NCBI RefSeq assembly: GCF_030684315.1
Contig: NC_081387.1
Span: 28,019,771-28,083,770 of the forward strand
Length of the DNA: 64,000 nucleotides
Direction: 5' to 3'
Source of the DNA: Stegostoma tigrinum
Taxonomy: Eukaryota
The notes beneath the pieces were generated by a model, which saw nothing but the letters and a program-made list of their open reading frames with translations, ran no database searches and had not been told where the DNA came from. This document shows positions 12,330 through 26,544 of the stretch, in pieces (positions within the stretch are counted from its first letter, which is position 1; each line of letters begins with the position of its first letter). The translations under genes and the position numbers were made by a program.

Positions 12330-14200
12330 TTGAGATTACTGTCCTCACAATTGAGGAAACTGCCATCCTCACCTGGTCTGGGCCTACAGATGGCTCCAGT
12401 CCCACAGAAATCTTTGACTCTCATTTGCCCTCTGCAATGGGCTAACAAGCTGTTTGGATAGACCAATGGCTGCAAAGTCTCAAAAGAATTAAAACCAGCC
12501 AGATCCACATGGCATTGAGCTAGGCACCAGAAAGCACACAAGTATAAACACTCCCCATCAACACTGCAAAGTCCCCCTTACTTGTTCCTGGGAGTTAATG
12601 CCAAAACTGGGAGAGCTGTCTCTCCGACTAGTCCAACAACAGCCTGACATAGTTACACTCTCAGAATTGTATATTACAGTCGATGTCCCAGACACCACCA
12701 TCTCCATCCCTGGATATGTCCTGTCCCACCGGCAGGACAGACCCAGCAGAGGGGGCGGCGCAGTGGGATACAGTCAGACAGGAGTTATTTTGGGAATTTA
12801 ATTCCAGGTTATGTGAAGTCTCGTGGCTTCGGGTTAAACATAAGGAGCGCCCCTACTGATTACCACATAATGTCCTCCCTCAGCTGATGAATCAGTACTC
12901 TTCCATGTTAAACAGCACTTAGAAAGCAATGGGAATAACAAGGGCACTGAATGTGCTCTGGGTGGGAGATTTCAATGTCTAACACCAAGAGTAGCTCGAC
13001 AGCAGTACTACTGATCGAGCTGGTCGGGTCCTAAAGGACATAGCTGCTAGACTGGGTCTGCAGCAGGTGGTGAGGGAGAAATGTACTCAACCTCCTCCTT
13101 ACCAATTGTCAGCTGCAGTTGTCAGTATCGGTAAGAGTGACCATCGCGAAGTCCTGCCTTCACGTTGAGAACAACCTCCACTGTGTTGTGTAGCACTATC
13201 CCTGTGCTAAATGGGACAGACTTCACACACATCTAGCAACTCAAGGTTGAGCATCCGAGAGACGCTGTGGGCCATCAACAGCAACAGAATTGTACTCCAG
13301 CACAATCTGTAACCTTATCGTCCAGCATTTCTCCCCCTCAACAGTTACCATCCGGCCAGGGGATCAACCCTGGTTCAATGGAGAGCGCAGAAGGGCATGC
13401 CAGGAGCAGCACCAGGCTGTACCTGAAGATGAGATGTCAACCTGGTGAAGCCACCAAACGGGACATTCACATGCCAAACAGTGACAGCAGCAAATGATAG
13501 ACAGAGCTAAGTGATCCCACACCCAATGGATCCGATCTAAGCTCTGCAGTCCTGCCACATCCAGTCGTGAATGGTAGTGGACAATGCAATGACTCACTGG
13601 AGGAGGCGGCTCCACGAATACCCCCATCCTCAATGATGGAAGGGCCCAGCACATCAGTGCAGAAGATAAGGTTGAAGCTTTCACAGCAATCTTCAGCCAG
13701 AAGTGCCGAGTGGATGATCCATCTCAGCCTCCTCCAGATCCCAGTCTACAGCATTCACTTCAAGTGATATCAGGAAACGGTTGGAGACACTGGATACTGC
13801 AAAGGCAATGGGCCCGGACACATCCCAGCAATAGTACTGAAGACTTGTGCTCCAGAACTTTCCATTTGCCCGAGCCAATCTGTTCCAGTACAGTTACAAC
13901 ACCGGCATCTACACAGCCAAATGGAAAATTGCCCAGGTATGTCCTGTACACAAAAAGCAGGACAAACCCAGCCCGGCCAGTTCCCGCCCCATCAGTCCCC
14001 TCTCGATCACCAGGAAAGTGATGGGAGGTGTCACTATCAAGCAGCACCTGCTCAGTGACGCCCGGTTTGGGTTGAGTCAGGGCCACTCAGCTCCTGACCT
14101 CATTACAGCCTTGGTTCACACATGGACAAAAGAGCTGAACTCCAGAGGGGAGATGGGAGTGACAGCTCTTAACATCCAGGCTGCATTCGACTGTGTGCTT
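12330..14200 (+). mobile_element. Degenerate non-LTR retrotransposon (CR1/L2 group): APE endonuclease and RT N-terminal remnants
   Basis: Fragments QQQPDIVTLSE..IPGYVLSHRQDRPSRGGG (endonuclease) and YNTGIY..KWKIAQVCPVHKKQDKPSPASSRPISPLS (RT), with many stops and frameshifts. Confidence 0.85.
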
Positions 14201-14490
14201 ACCCTTGAGAAGGTGGGGGTGAGCTGCCACCTTGAACCGCTGCAGTCCGTGTGCTGTGGGATGACCCACAATGTCCCTTAGGGAGGGAATTCCAGGATTC
14301 TGACCCAGCGACAGTGAAGGAACGGGGATATATTTCCAAGTCAGTATGGAGAAGGGCTCAGAGGGGAACTTGCAGGGGGCTGGTGTCCCTAGTCCTTCTG
14401 GATGGAAGTGGGTTGTGGGTTTGGAAGGTACTGCCTGAGGAGCCTTGGTGAGTTTTTGCTGAGCATCTTGTAGATAACAGCAGTGTGTGG
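14200..14490 (-). mobile_element. LINE 3'-end fragment
   Basis: Minus-strand ORF remnant WKYIPVPSLSLGQNPGIPS...PTAHGLQRFKVAAHPHLLKG is typical of the CR1-group ORF2 C-terminus. Similar sequence occurs near 44080. Confidence 0.7.
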
Positions 14491-16009
14491 GATGGGAGGT
14501 GTAGTTATTTTTGAGGAAGGACAGGCAGATGCTTAAAGCCCAGCCCACTTCCAGGGGTGGGTCTTTCCTTGTTGGAGTATCTCTGTGGGAGCTTGCTGTG
14601 CAGAAATTGGCTGCTGCATTTCCTGCCTTCCTCTGAAAAGTACTTGATTGGCTGTGCAGGGGATCTGACATGCCCAGTGTTGGAAGTGCTGTCTAAATGC
14701 GATTCGGGTCCAGAGATATGCTGTAAAAATTTGTGTGCAGAGTTCAGACTGTGCTGAGTGTCTGCAGACCTGCTGAATGGATCCTGATCAGCTGGCTCAG
14801 TACTTGTGTTTTATTGTGAACTGCTGAAGGCTTTGTGTGCTTAATTTGTCAAAATAGTGAGGTGTTCAGTGTTGCTGACCAAAACTGAAACGTAGCCTTC
14901 AAAGGGAATGAATGAACCCCCTGCCCTTTCTCCGCTGTTCCCCACTTTACATCTCTGGTCTGTGGTTTTATTTGAGAGAGGGCTGTGCTCAAACAGGGGA
15001 CAGCTGCTCTTCAGTTGGGGTTAGACATTCCCATGGGGCTCAGTAAAGAGCCTGGATGAGTGCTGTTGGCAGCCTGTGCCCCCGGGCACTGGATAATTGA
15101 AATGTGTGAGCGTGCAGGAGAGGCTGCTGGCCACTGACGCCCAGGTCCTACGAGCAAATTTTTTTTTGAAAAAAACACTGCAACCACACAACGCTTTCAG
15201 GGTATCTCTCTCCAGATTGCTGTGTCACCTCTAATTTCTCTTAAACCTAGTTAATGTTAATTTCCTGTCAGGAATGATGAGGGAACTATGGGTTTGAGGT
15301 GATAGACTCGCAGGTTCCTATAGTGAGGGATAACATGTTAATAGTACAATCTTTTTCTAGTCTGCTCACTACTTGTAGGTTCCTGCAAGATTGAGCTAAA
15401 CTCTCCCGGGAGGACATCTGGTCAGGAGTTAGTCAAATCTGTTTACTCACAGGGTTGTGCACTGAGGATTTATTTTGAGTCGTTAGGGGCAGAGTGTTTG
15501 AGCAGATGGAGAAGCATGAACTGATCAGAGAGTTGGGGTGTGGATTTGTAAATAGTCAGTCATGTGTGATTTTGTTTAATTGAATAATGTTGGGTCGGTC
15601 TGCAGCAGCTGTCAGTGCTGAGGAACTTGGAACCAGCACTCCGATGTATTTTTGCTGGTTGACATTGTTGAGAGTCTTTGCCAGTGTCGATTTGTGGTGT
15701 GGTATCTGGCCTCCTGGCCCATGTGTTATGAGAGTCTGAGTTGAGTGGGTTTGGGAATGTTGCATTGGAGGTTCACACAGATCAAGCTGCCACTTTTACT
15801 GTTGCTGCTGAGTGTGTGTGCTCCAGCTCAGCCCCTCCTGCTCTCACATTCCAGCCAGGGCTTGTCTTCTCTAGCAGATGCTAAATGTTTCCCGCTGTAA
15901 TGATGGGTGATCCAGTTACAAACAAATAGGCTTCCTCATGCAGCCACTCCTGCACCTCCTTGATAAAGTGAGTTCCCTGACCCAGTCAGCCTCCACAACA
16001 AATAAACAT

Positions 16010-16800
16010 TCAGCAACACTGGATACCGCGAAGGCTATGGGCCTTGACAACATTCACGCATTGGAACTGACGACTTGTGCTTTAGGAATGTCCTGTACAC
16101 ACCCAAACAACGCAAAGCCAAAACTTGGCTAATTACATCCCAACAAGTGATACCGTGTCAGCAAGAATAACGCTACTCCTTGACAATCATTTGGCTTTCA
16201 ACAGGAGTAGGCAGCTTCATGTACAGCCTCTGCTCTGAGATGAGTGGCACAGCCTTTGACATCAGGGTCACGTTGACCGGGTGTGGCAGGCAGGAGCCTG
16301 GAGAAAGCTGGAATTGATAGTTGGAGTCATATCTGGTGGAAAGGAAATTGTTTGTGATTGGAGGTCAGTCATCCCTGTAGGAGTCCCTCAGGGTAGTGTC
16401 CTCTTCAGGTGCTTCATCAATGACCTTCCCTCCATCGTAAGCTCAGAAGTGGGGATGTTCACCGATGATTGCACAGTGTTCAGTGCCGATTGTGACTCTT
16501 CAGGTACTGAAGCAGGCTGTGTTCACATGCAGCAAGATCTGGGCAATATCCAGGCTCGGGCTGACGGGTGGCAGATAACATTTGTGCCACACAGATGCTA
16601 GGAAATAACCCTCTTCCTTTGACATTCATTGACATTGCCATCACCGAATCCCCCAATTTCTACATCCCTGGGCTTATCTTTAACTGGAACAGCCATCCAT
16701 GTAAATACTGTAGTTGCAGGAGCAGATCAGAGGCCAGGAATTCTGTGGCGAGTAAGTCTCATGACTCATCAACAAGGCCCAAGTCAGGAGTTTGGATTAA
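16010..16800 (+). mobile_element. Degenerate LINE RT fragment
   Basis: GVPQGSVL...FINDLPSIVSSEVGMFTDDCTVF contains RT motifs. Confidence 0.8.
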
Positions 16801-19800
16801 TAACAAGAAGTGTTAGAAATACTGTTTAGTCAGACAGCAGCTCTGTAGAGAGGGCAGTGAGTGTTTTATGCCAGTATATCATTTTCTTTTCTTAGCTGAA
16901 CCTTCCTTTCTGGCTATTCTGTCTGTCTTCAGTGACACTTTTTTGTTGAAACAGTTTTCAGTGCAGGTTGTTGAATGTGAATTGACCTGGGGGTGTGACT
17001 GCAGCTGCACACAGGGTCTGAGTCCTTGTAGTTGTCTTAACACTTACTGTTCCTCCAAGCTGCGTGCATGCTTTCCTGTGAGGGTAAGCAATCTGACCCC
17101 ACTCTCCAATTATAGGGACCCATTCGGGCAGGAGAGAGAAATGGAAATTACTTCATGGGTGGACGCTCCCTCCCTGGAGCAAGAATCCTGAAGGTGGTTG
17201 TGGACCTCCCTGGTGTAAGGCTTCAGGCTAGAAACAGAGGGATTCACTGTCATTCACATTGACACCAGCAACATTGACGGGAGTGCAAACTATGTTCTGG
17301 CTGAAAGATGTTTGTTTTAACCAGGTAGGACCTAAAATAATACTAGCAACTTGCAGGGTGGTAATTACAGAATTTACAGCCTGATAATTGACAAGGGGGC
17401 ACCATCTCCAAGAGAAACACTCATTGGCATTATCATAGTCCTCTGCCTCTCACATTCTGACCAGTAACTCAGCTGGACTAGCCACACAAATAATGGCTTC
17501 TGGTGAGTTGCCTCTCATCTCCAAATGCCTTTCCACCAGGTACAAGTTACATGTGATGGAATATTCTGCACAAATTCACAAGTTTGACCCTGCCCAGGAC
17601 ACAGCAGCCTGCCTGAAATGCACCACATCAACACCCCTCTCTCTCCCTTCACCTACAGGATGCTCAGCCAGCACCTTCTCAAGCTGTGGCTCCTTTCATC
17701 CAGAAGGTAAGGGACCACTGCACATACCCCTCTGATCACTTGCCCGTATGTCACCGTCCCTTCAGTGATTCCAGGTCAAATTCCTAGAATTCCCTTCATA
17801 ATAACACTCCAGGTACAACATGGCAGTAATCACCAGCCGAACCAATGTCTCCCACATCGCAGGAGCAAACTTAAAAATAAACTGCTTTACCAGTGACATT
17901 CCTTCCATCATCAAATCGGAGTTGGTGTTGATCATGTAGGGCCTTCTACTAGCCATGCTCCAGAGACTGAAGCAGTCCGTGCCTGTACACAGAAAGAGCT
18001 GGATGGTGGCAAACAACATTCATGTCACACATGGCCAGGCAGTTACCTTCAGCAGGAGAATCCAGCCGGTCTATGGTGTTACCGTCACTGAATGCTGCAT
18101 ATCAACATCTTGAAGGTTACTGCTAGCCAGAACTGGGCGTGCGGTGTAAATGTCGTGGTTACAGGGGCTGGATGTTCTTTGAGAAGTTACCCACCTGTTA
18201 GATGCTGGGCCACTGTCCACTCTGTACAAGCTGCAGAGTGCTGGGATACTCCCGTTCACCTTCAGTGTTTGTGCACAGGGACAGCACGATGTAACGCCTG
18301 CGAAACGTGCTGTGATCCAAGAAAATGCCTCCCCACCAGCTTCAGGAGGAAAATGAGGACAACAAATGTTGGTGCGCACTCTTTCTGTGAAAGACTTGGA
18401 GAGCGCCCCTTGTGGGGTACTGGCAGGATTTTCCTTTGCAGCCCCTCAGCCTCCCATTGAAGAGCTGAGTCCACCTCTGTTCACCCTGAAATGTAAATGT
18501 GGGCCAGTTTGTTTCTGGTCTTGTTCCTAAACTGCTGTTTCTTGTCTCGCTGGGTTGTGGGGTGGGGGTGTTGTTGGTATATGCCAGAGATTTCTTTGTG
18601 GCCTGAGCACACTGGCTCATGTCGAAATTTGTACTCTGCCAGCACCTGCAATCCTGTGTCTGTTGTAAATGTTTGGCCGTGGTTGGAGCTAATTTAATGC
18701 TCCATTACATGGAAGGATCCTGGTGGATGGGTTGTGTTCTTGGTCCCTGTAGGGCTGCAGCACCAGTTTGAGAATGAGACTCCCTTCACAATTCACATGT
18801 TTTCATTGCCTGTCCTACAGTTTGCCCTGTGTTCTTTTCTGGCTCCTCGTAGACACTGGTCCAAACCACTTCACCTTGTGATCTGAATAAGTTGAGTGCT
18901 GAACAAATTTCTTTCTTTATCTCTCTGGCTGCTGCAAAACTGAATGTAATACAGGAGCTGGTATTATAACCATTGAGTGTATGTCACTCAGTAACAGGAA
19001 TAAGTGAGCCAGGCCCCCCCCCCCCCCACCCCCCCCCCCCTCAACTAGTCTATTGCAAACAAACCTACTCTATTACAGATGTAAAAGTTGTTAGCTAAAA
19101 GGTTTAGACTGTACAGATCTGTATAATATCTTTCTGGAAAAGTGCTGAGTCTGAGGGGCAAAAGATCTCTGCATTGTGTTGTCTTAAAAGTACTTTAGCA
19201 AGGAACCGTGAAAATCTGACTGTAGAGTTAACACATTCTGTTTGCACTGGTACCCCTGCCTGGATCGGGTATTATGGAATGAATTATTCCTACCTAGACA
19301 GACAGAACTGCTTGGGAATTGTCCTTCTAGAATTATCCTGTAGAAACTCTCCGCTTGTGATCCTCTGGGGTTTTCAACAGAAAGCTGTGGTGTTATGCAA
19401 GCTTCTCTCATCTTCTCAAAAGCAGAAATTGCTGGCAGCATCTGTGGAGTGAAATGAGTTAACTTTTTTGCTGTAATTTCTGTTTTTGTTTCTGATTTCT
19501 GATTTCCAGCAGAAGGGTCTAGGCCCGAAACTTTTGTGCTCCTGAGATGCTGCTGGGCCTGCTGTGTTCATCCAGCCTCACATTTATTATCTTGGATTCT
19601 CCAGCATCTGCAGTTCCTATTATTACAGCAGTAGTTTTGGTATTCATTCACTGAAACTGATTTCCATAGATTCTGAGATTCTCCAGTAATTTGTGTTCCA
19701 AGTTTCTCTCATTGCAATCAAATTCAGTGTCTTTATTCTACCAGAACTGTGTCCTGTAATCACTCAAAGTAGTGTCGATCCTATTAATCCATCAAGTAAT

Positions 19801-20745
19801 TGTTTTTTGCAACTGTTGAAGTGTGTCTGCTTTTAATTGCTAAGATTCAGGGTGCATGTCCAATCAATGATATTCTAAAATGTTTTAGATGACCGCTCAG
19901 TAAGGCCGCTGTGGAAAGTGCAGTTTTTGTAATTGAATGACTGTGTGTGCGCATCTGTCACTGGATTCCAGTGGTAGCCCCACGCCTGGGTTACTATCAT
20001 TCAATGTTCGACAGTGTTCCATTAACGTATGGCACACTCTTGAGTAGTTGTCAGTGACGTAGCCTGTATTTCTTCTGACTGATAAATCTTCCCTCTTCAC
20101 CATGACCCATCGACCCCTAGCTGTGTTGTATGTGGTCCTATCCAGCCTAGCAGCTGGTAACCCCTTTAGGGAGGGACAGCTTTGAGTCGGAATTCTGAAA
20201 TCCTCTCCGAGGGTGGAGCAGGACCGTCAAGTGACTGTGGTATCAGGGGCTGGATTTTACAGTAAAGGTTCTGCAGGACTGGGATCACATGGGCAGGGAC
20301 TCGATAGTAAATGAGACTTATCCGGAGATGTACAGCACAGAAACAGTCTACCTCGTCCATACTGACCAAATATCTTAAATCCAGCCCCATTCGCCGGCAT
20401 TTGGCCCCATCCCTCTTAAACCCTTCCTATTCATGTCCCCATCCACATGCCTCTTAAATGTGCAATTGTACCAGCCTCTTCCACTTTCTCTAGCAGCTCG
20501 TTCCATACACGCACCACCCTCTGTGTGAGAGAGTACAGCATAAGGATGTCTGTTAGAGAAGTGAGTAAATACAGATCCCCAGTTGGATTGGGAAATGTTA
20601 TTTAATGTGTGGGATGTTGATAAAGAACGCTCCCTTTTTTTGACCGCAGTTGAGTGCGATTTAATTGTTCAATCAACTTTGATTTAAAGAAAGAAATCTC
20701 GCATTTTCTTTTCACTTTGTTTTGTTTGCTCGTGTTGGAAACCAG

Positions 20746-20926
20746 AAGTGTGGATGTGATTGAACTGATGGAGTCTGACGAAGGGCTGGAGGAGTCACTG
20801 ATGGACTGTGCCCAGTCTGCAGTCGGTGTCAAGCCTCTGCTGCCAGCTGTCGATTCAACCCGAGCGGACTCTCCCCTCGTCAGTGTGGTCACCAGCTCTC
20901 AGCCCAGTCCTGTCGGGCACCCCAGG
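20746..20926 (+). CDS. DAXX: DAXX coding exon 5
   Basis: Pyrimidine tract then accag|A (phase 2). SVDVIELMESDE...AVDSTRADSPLVSVVTSSQPSP resembles the mammalian DAXX ADSSTRVDSP...VTSS segment. Donor AGG|gtaaaa, phase 0. Confidence 0.85.
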
Positions 20927-21743
20927 GTAAAAACACCACGTTCTTTCATTCACCATTCACTCCTGTAAAACACAGGGGTGGGGTGGGCAGGGGGGAGCGG
21001 GCAGTGGGTTGTCAGTGTCCTGCTGTTCAGCCTGATGCCAGTGGCTGTGTTTTTGTGTAAAATTCCCTGGCAGGTGAGGCTAGGCTGGCTGCCCATTCAC
21101 TGCTGCTAGTGGAACACAGAATTGAAATACTTCTGAATAGTATCTCCTGAGCTGCTCTATGCAGCCCCCTCGTGATTTTGAGCACCTCCCTCCCCCTATC
21201 AGCCGCCCCCTCTCCAAGGAAAACAATCCCGACCTCTCCAATCTGTCCACACGTCCGAAATTCCTTGCCTGTTGAACTGTTACTGGAGAAATCTCCTTTT
21301 GGTGCCTGTGCACCCCTTTAACAGTGTGACCCCAGTACAGGACTGGGCCCAAAGATCCTTAAGCACCCAGGAGTACTTTGCCTAGCTGTGGTTGTAGTGT
21401 CTTGCCTGGATGAAGGGGTGGGGGAGGGTGCTGAGGGGTGATGGACCCTGGGTCCTCCAGGCCACACAGGGTGCTCCCTGTGAGCATTCTAAGGCAATGT
21501 GTTTGTGGCTATAAATACCGGTGGCTGGGGGAGGGTGCATCGTCACCTAATCTTGCCGCATGCATGTCCAAAATCTGACCGCTCTTCAAGTTGCCCCTCT
21601 GTTGTCAGTCGCCACCTTTCATCTCGAATGCTGTAGGTCCTTCTCCCTGGCAGTGAGGAGTGGGAAGGGAGCTTGTGTGTGGAGTATCTGTGTTCTGCAA
21701 GTTTCCTGACCCTCTTTTTTTGGTGTTTGTTCTTCTGTTTCAG

Positions 21744-21803
21744 GTGAACGTGGCCACGCAGTGTGACCCGGAAGAAATTATAGTTCTCTCGGACTCTGAC
21801 TGA
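21744..21803 (+). CDS. DAXX: DAXX last coding exon (C-terminal SUMO-interacting motif)
   Basis: Acceptor tgtttcag|GTG. VNVATQCDPEEIIVLSDSD* is the canonical DAXX C-terminus. Confidence 0.96.
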   Translation: MNVATQCDPEEIIVLSDSD

Positions 21804-24800
21804 CACTCCCAGAGGGAAGGTGTTCACTGGGTTCCTCGATTGCAGGCAGTAATGTAAATTGACTTTGCGGCAGGAGACAGCTTGCACTGATGCTGTGCGC
21901 TGCTTCCTCTCACTTGCTTATCTCTGTGTCCCCCTCACACTCTTCCCTCTGCCCATGTCCCTGGTATAAAATATGTGTTGCAAGACAAAAACAAAAGAGA
22001 AACTGCAAGCAACATGTCAGTTTTTAAAGATGTTTGCTTTGTTTCGGGCCTCAGGAAATTCCTGCCTATGGAAATGCCTGGAGCCAGGCCCAGTAACTGG
22101 GATGGGTTCTTCATCCACAAGGATCACTCCTATCAACTGACAGGGAAGGGAAGGGGAGGGGTGGTGGTGGGGGTGAGATGGAATCTGTCCTGTTTTGAGG
22201 TGAAGGCTTTTTTGTTTTGAAATTGATGTATAAATCAATCTACCGTCTTTTGTTCACAGTGCTTTCTACAAAGTGCACTGTGAAAAGTGCTGTCGATGCA
22301 TTTTCAGATAGCGAAAGGTTAGCATCACTTTTTAAAAGAAAAATATATCTCTATATTTAAAAAAACTTGTGGACTGATCAAGTGCTTCACTTCATCCTTT
22401 TCAAAACAGCTTGAGAATGGATTAACCAGAAAGTGTTGGAATTAAATTCCAATCTGAGATGTAATGTTAAAAGGTGATTTTTATAATTAACTGCGCAGCT
22501 CCTGTGTCCATTTTCAGAAGTATGTTTACAGTTCTCAGTTTTCTTTGTCCTGAAAATTTTGCGCCTGTGTGGGGCACTGTTTTCTGTTGTCCTGCAGTTC
22601 CTTGTCCCTTCGGCTCATTTGTATTAGTTACAGCCTCGGAGACCTTTTAACAGAAGTTGCAAAGACCAAGATTGACATTTGTAAAATGGGAAGTGGACCT
22701 GGCCCACACTGACCCAACCTTGCAATCTGCTGTTTGTTACTTCCTGTCAGTGGGGGCCTGTGCTGAGGCTGTGATGGCCCACATCCCACCTGCAAAATTA
22801 AAAAGTGTTTGCACACAACACAAGCAGCTGAAACACACTTCGCTGCGTCTTTTGCTAAACCCAGAGAATAATGTCTCATCATGCATTGTGTACCAGGAGA
22901 GTCCAGCAAGCTCCTGCAATGATGCCTCTAAGATGAATTAACACAATAGAGGTGATTTTACTGAAATGTCTTATGAATAGAAATTTGCTCACTGCCTTGA
23001 GCTGTTCTTGATGCGTGGTGGGGCAGGAGAGAAGTGTTTGTAAAGAAGGCTTTCTCAGGACCCTCTGTGTTCTCCTTACTGTGCTTTTAAAGATGATGAA
23101 GTGGGGAGGAGTTGGGGGAAGGAGTGGAGGTGGGCTGAGTTTAGTGGAACTGAAGTGCTGTATTTTTGACTGGTATCTCCTGTCTCTGGTGCCATCTCCT
23201 CCCACCACTGCCTGTACCTGGTGGGAGTGGTGGGGATCGTCCCACATTCCCAATGGCTCAGGTCTGCTCTTGCAGAGGTTGGAGATGGTCATTCACACAG
23301 CAGCGTGGCGAGGTTTGCTTGGAGCAGCTGAGGACATTCACTAGCTGTCTTATCCATGTGTCGAGTTCCTTCCTAGCTTGTGATAGAAAAATCACCCTGC
23401 TTTTAATTAATCCAGAGGCAGAGCCACTGTGTCACGGTACCCCAGAAGTGCCTGCCCTTTCTCTCCACCTTTAATGACCCACTGAACAACCGTCTCCAAA
23501 ATGAGTAGCAAATCAGCAAGTGTCTGTAATTTCATAAACACTGCCAGCACATAGGAGACTGCCATCTGTCCCCAGGTAACTCCTGGCTGCTACAGTCTGC
23601 TCCTCCCCACTTCCCCCTCAACCATACTCTGTGGCCAATCAGCTTCGGCCCCACTGCAACTCTGTAAAGGAATCTCTCTGCCTGCCACTCCATGATTAAA
23701 CTTCCATCTCCTCGGTATGATTTCCCCCGCCCCTCCATGACTCTGTCTGGGATTGGTAGACTTGACCGTGTTGCCCAAGGGGTAACCATTAGATTTGTGC
23801 AAACACTGATGGAGATTGACACCTCTCAGGGAAACTGCAAGTCTCCTGGAGCGCACGGCCTTTCTGTGAGGAGCGTTTGTTTGTGCTAGACAGTGATTAT
23901 TCTAATTTTCTGTGCCATAAACTCCCAGTTCTATGAAGTGCGGTGTCCTTCCAAATCGGAGGACGCCTCCCCCCTTCACTGTGACTGGGACCCCAATCAA
24001 CTCCAACCTCAGCCCTGGCCCTGTTCTTGTTAATAATTGCTTCAGGTTTTCGCCATCTCTCTCCCAGTGTGCCATATGTTTTCTTTCCTTTTCATTTTTC
24101 TTTTTGTTTCCTCCTCAAAACTCCAAATGTTAAACATAGATTATAACACTCTTATTTTGTAAACCTAACTGCCAGAGCTTTGCGCTCCTCTGTAAGCTCT
24201 GATCGAGTTTTAATAAGATGTACACAGCCCAGAAGTAGGTTAGGTTATTCAACCCTAACCCCTCCATCTAACCCTATCGGTGTTTCTTTCTGTCCCCGCC
24301 GTGGCTTTTTGTTCTGAGCATTCGTCTTGAAGAGTTCACCTCCTCTCCTGAGAAGTGAGGTCTGTCCTGAATTCTCTTTTGGTAACTGCCTCATGTTTAT
24401 GACATGTCTCTGCCAATGAAGATCATGAAAACACTTCATGGGTCAGACAGCAGCTGTGGAGGGAGTGGGAGCCACATTAACACGGTCCCAGTCTCGCAGT
24501 GGGTTGAAATGGGTTTGTTGGACTCACCAGAGTGAAGTGGTGAGCTGGGGAACAGCATTTACTCTACTTGGTCCTGAACTTGTGTCTACAAGCAAGTTAA
24601 CTGTTTGGCCAGAGTTCAGCCCATTTCGCAACTGGTGAGAGGTAGAGATGTTGTGCTGTAACATGGAGGGGCTAGAGAGGGTCTGATCAGGGGGATCCTC
24701 TCAGTGTTTGGTTGTGGACAGTGACAACATCCAGGATTGTTTTTAATTTTCTGAGTGACCAGGTTGATGTATATGGGGAGTCGGACAGTGTGTTCTATGG

Positions 24801-25850
24801 GTGCAGCGAACCCTGATCTCGGCTAAACGTCTTAAAGACCCCAGCAATTTACATATATTTTGACATGTAATGTGTGGTGGGGTTTGTGTACGTTTTATGA
24901 AGCTCTTCAAAAATATTTAATGAACTTTAGGATAGTAGTGGCATTTGCCATGCTGAGATTTGACACCACTACCCAAATCCACCCACTTGGACAGTGTCTG
25001 TTCCACCCCATCCTGCAGGCCTGTCTCTAATCTGCCAGCAGGTCTCTCTCTTTTTTCCCCTCCCAGATTTAACACAAAAACAGCTTATTCCCTGACAAGC
25101 TCCCCCCACCCTGGTGCACCCTGTTTCAGATTTGGGAAAAGGATTTTATTTGACTCTGTTGCTCTCTGACTGACTGTCCTTTCGCAGCCCCTGTCTTCCT
25201 GTTACTCTCCACAGTCTGGTGCTGTTCCTCCTCCCTCTGCTCGATGAATTTATTCCTCTGTCCCTGCCTCAGCCTTCCCTACTCTTTGCCGAACGTACGG
25301 CTGCCTGAGGGCAATCAGTATATGTTTGCTGCTGTCCTTAAAAATTCAATGGCTGGACTGTTTTTTCAAAGGGCAACCAGACACATTTAGATTCTATTCT
25401 TGCCCAGTAGCTTCATGTTGGGCTGCAGTAACTGGGGTATAGCTGGTGCAGGGACTGTTCTGAGAGAGACACTGGAGTGATCTATCCCCAGGGGCTCAGC
25501 GTGAAACAAGAAACCCAACTGAACTGCACTGCACAAGACCGGCCTGTCCCTGACTTCAAAGCAAAGGAGATTTGAGAATTGGTTGGAAGAGCCCATCACA
25601 GGGAGATGAGAGATTTATTACTTTTCACACAGCAGCAGAAAGCACCAAACTTTGATGCTGTGTTGATTTGAAGGAAGGCCAGGGTGGGTGGGGGTAGAAA
25701 TAAACCAGGATTAAGTATTTACCTCAAATGTGCTGTATATCTTTTAAGATTTTTTTAATTCCAGAGTTAATTTTCTATTGACGTCTTATGAGCAATTCAA
25801 TTGTTGGTTTAGTGTCTCATTAAAGGTACTGTTTTTGAACAGTGTGTCTT
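21804..25850 (+). other. Probable long DAXX 3' UTR with poly(A) signals
   Basis: About 4 kb nearly free of recognisable LINEs. AATAAA at 25699-25704 and ATTAAA at 25819-25824, the latter followed by GT/T-rich sequence; repeat-dense DNA starts just after. Confidence 0.5.
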
Positions 25851-26544
25851 GATTTTTCGGAGACTGTGCGGACCATATTCCGAGGGAGTTGGTCGAAGAA
25901 TTCCTATTTGTGGAGGATCCCTTGCTCCCCTGTTCCACCACCTGCAGGTGCATCAGGATTGAGAACTGCAGATTGCTACATCACATGAAGATGTTGCTAA
26001 AGAATGTGCTAGAATTGTATCTGTATTTCAGCTCCTAGAAATTACAACACCAGCCATTAAAGATGAAAATCCAGCACCATCTTCAATATTGAGAATGCCA
26101 ACAGCGGGAGGTTGGGGTGGTGGGGAGAAGAGGAAATGCAGTTGTGGTAATGTACCAAAATTGGCTGTCCTCTGAGGCAGTTCTGACCGATTGGAAAGCT
26201 GCAAATGTGACACCAGTTTTTGTTTACAAAGGACGTAGACAAAAAGGCCCATTAGCTTGACCCTCTGCAGCGGGGAAAATGCTTGAACCTGTCATGAAGG
26301 AAGAAATAGCGAGAGATCTGAATAGAAGTTGCCCCATTGGGCAGAGGCAGCGTGGGTTCATGAAAGACAGATCATGTTGGACTAATTTACTGTTATTTTT
26401 TGAGGATGGATGTGGTGTATCTGGATTTCCAGAAGGTATTCGACAAAAGGCTGTGGCATAAGGTGCACGGTGTTACAAAAATGGATGTTTTTCTGGTTGG
26501 GGATTGGTAGTTAGTGGCATGGCTCAGGGATCAGTTTGAATACA

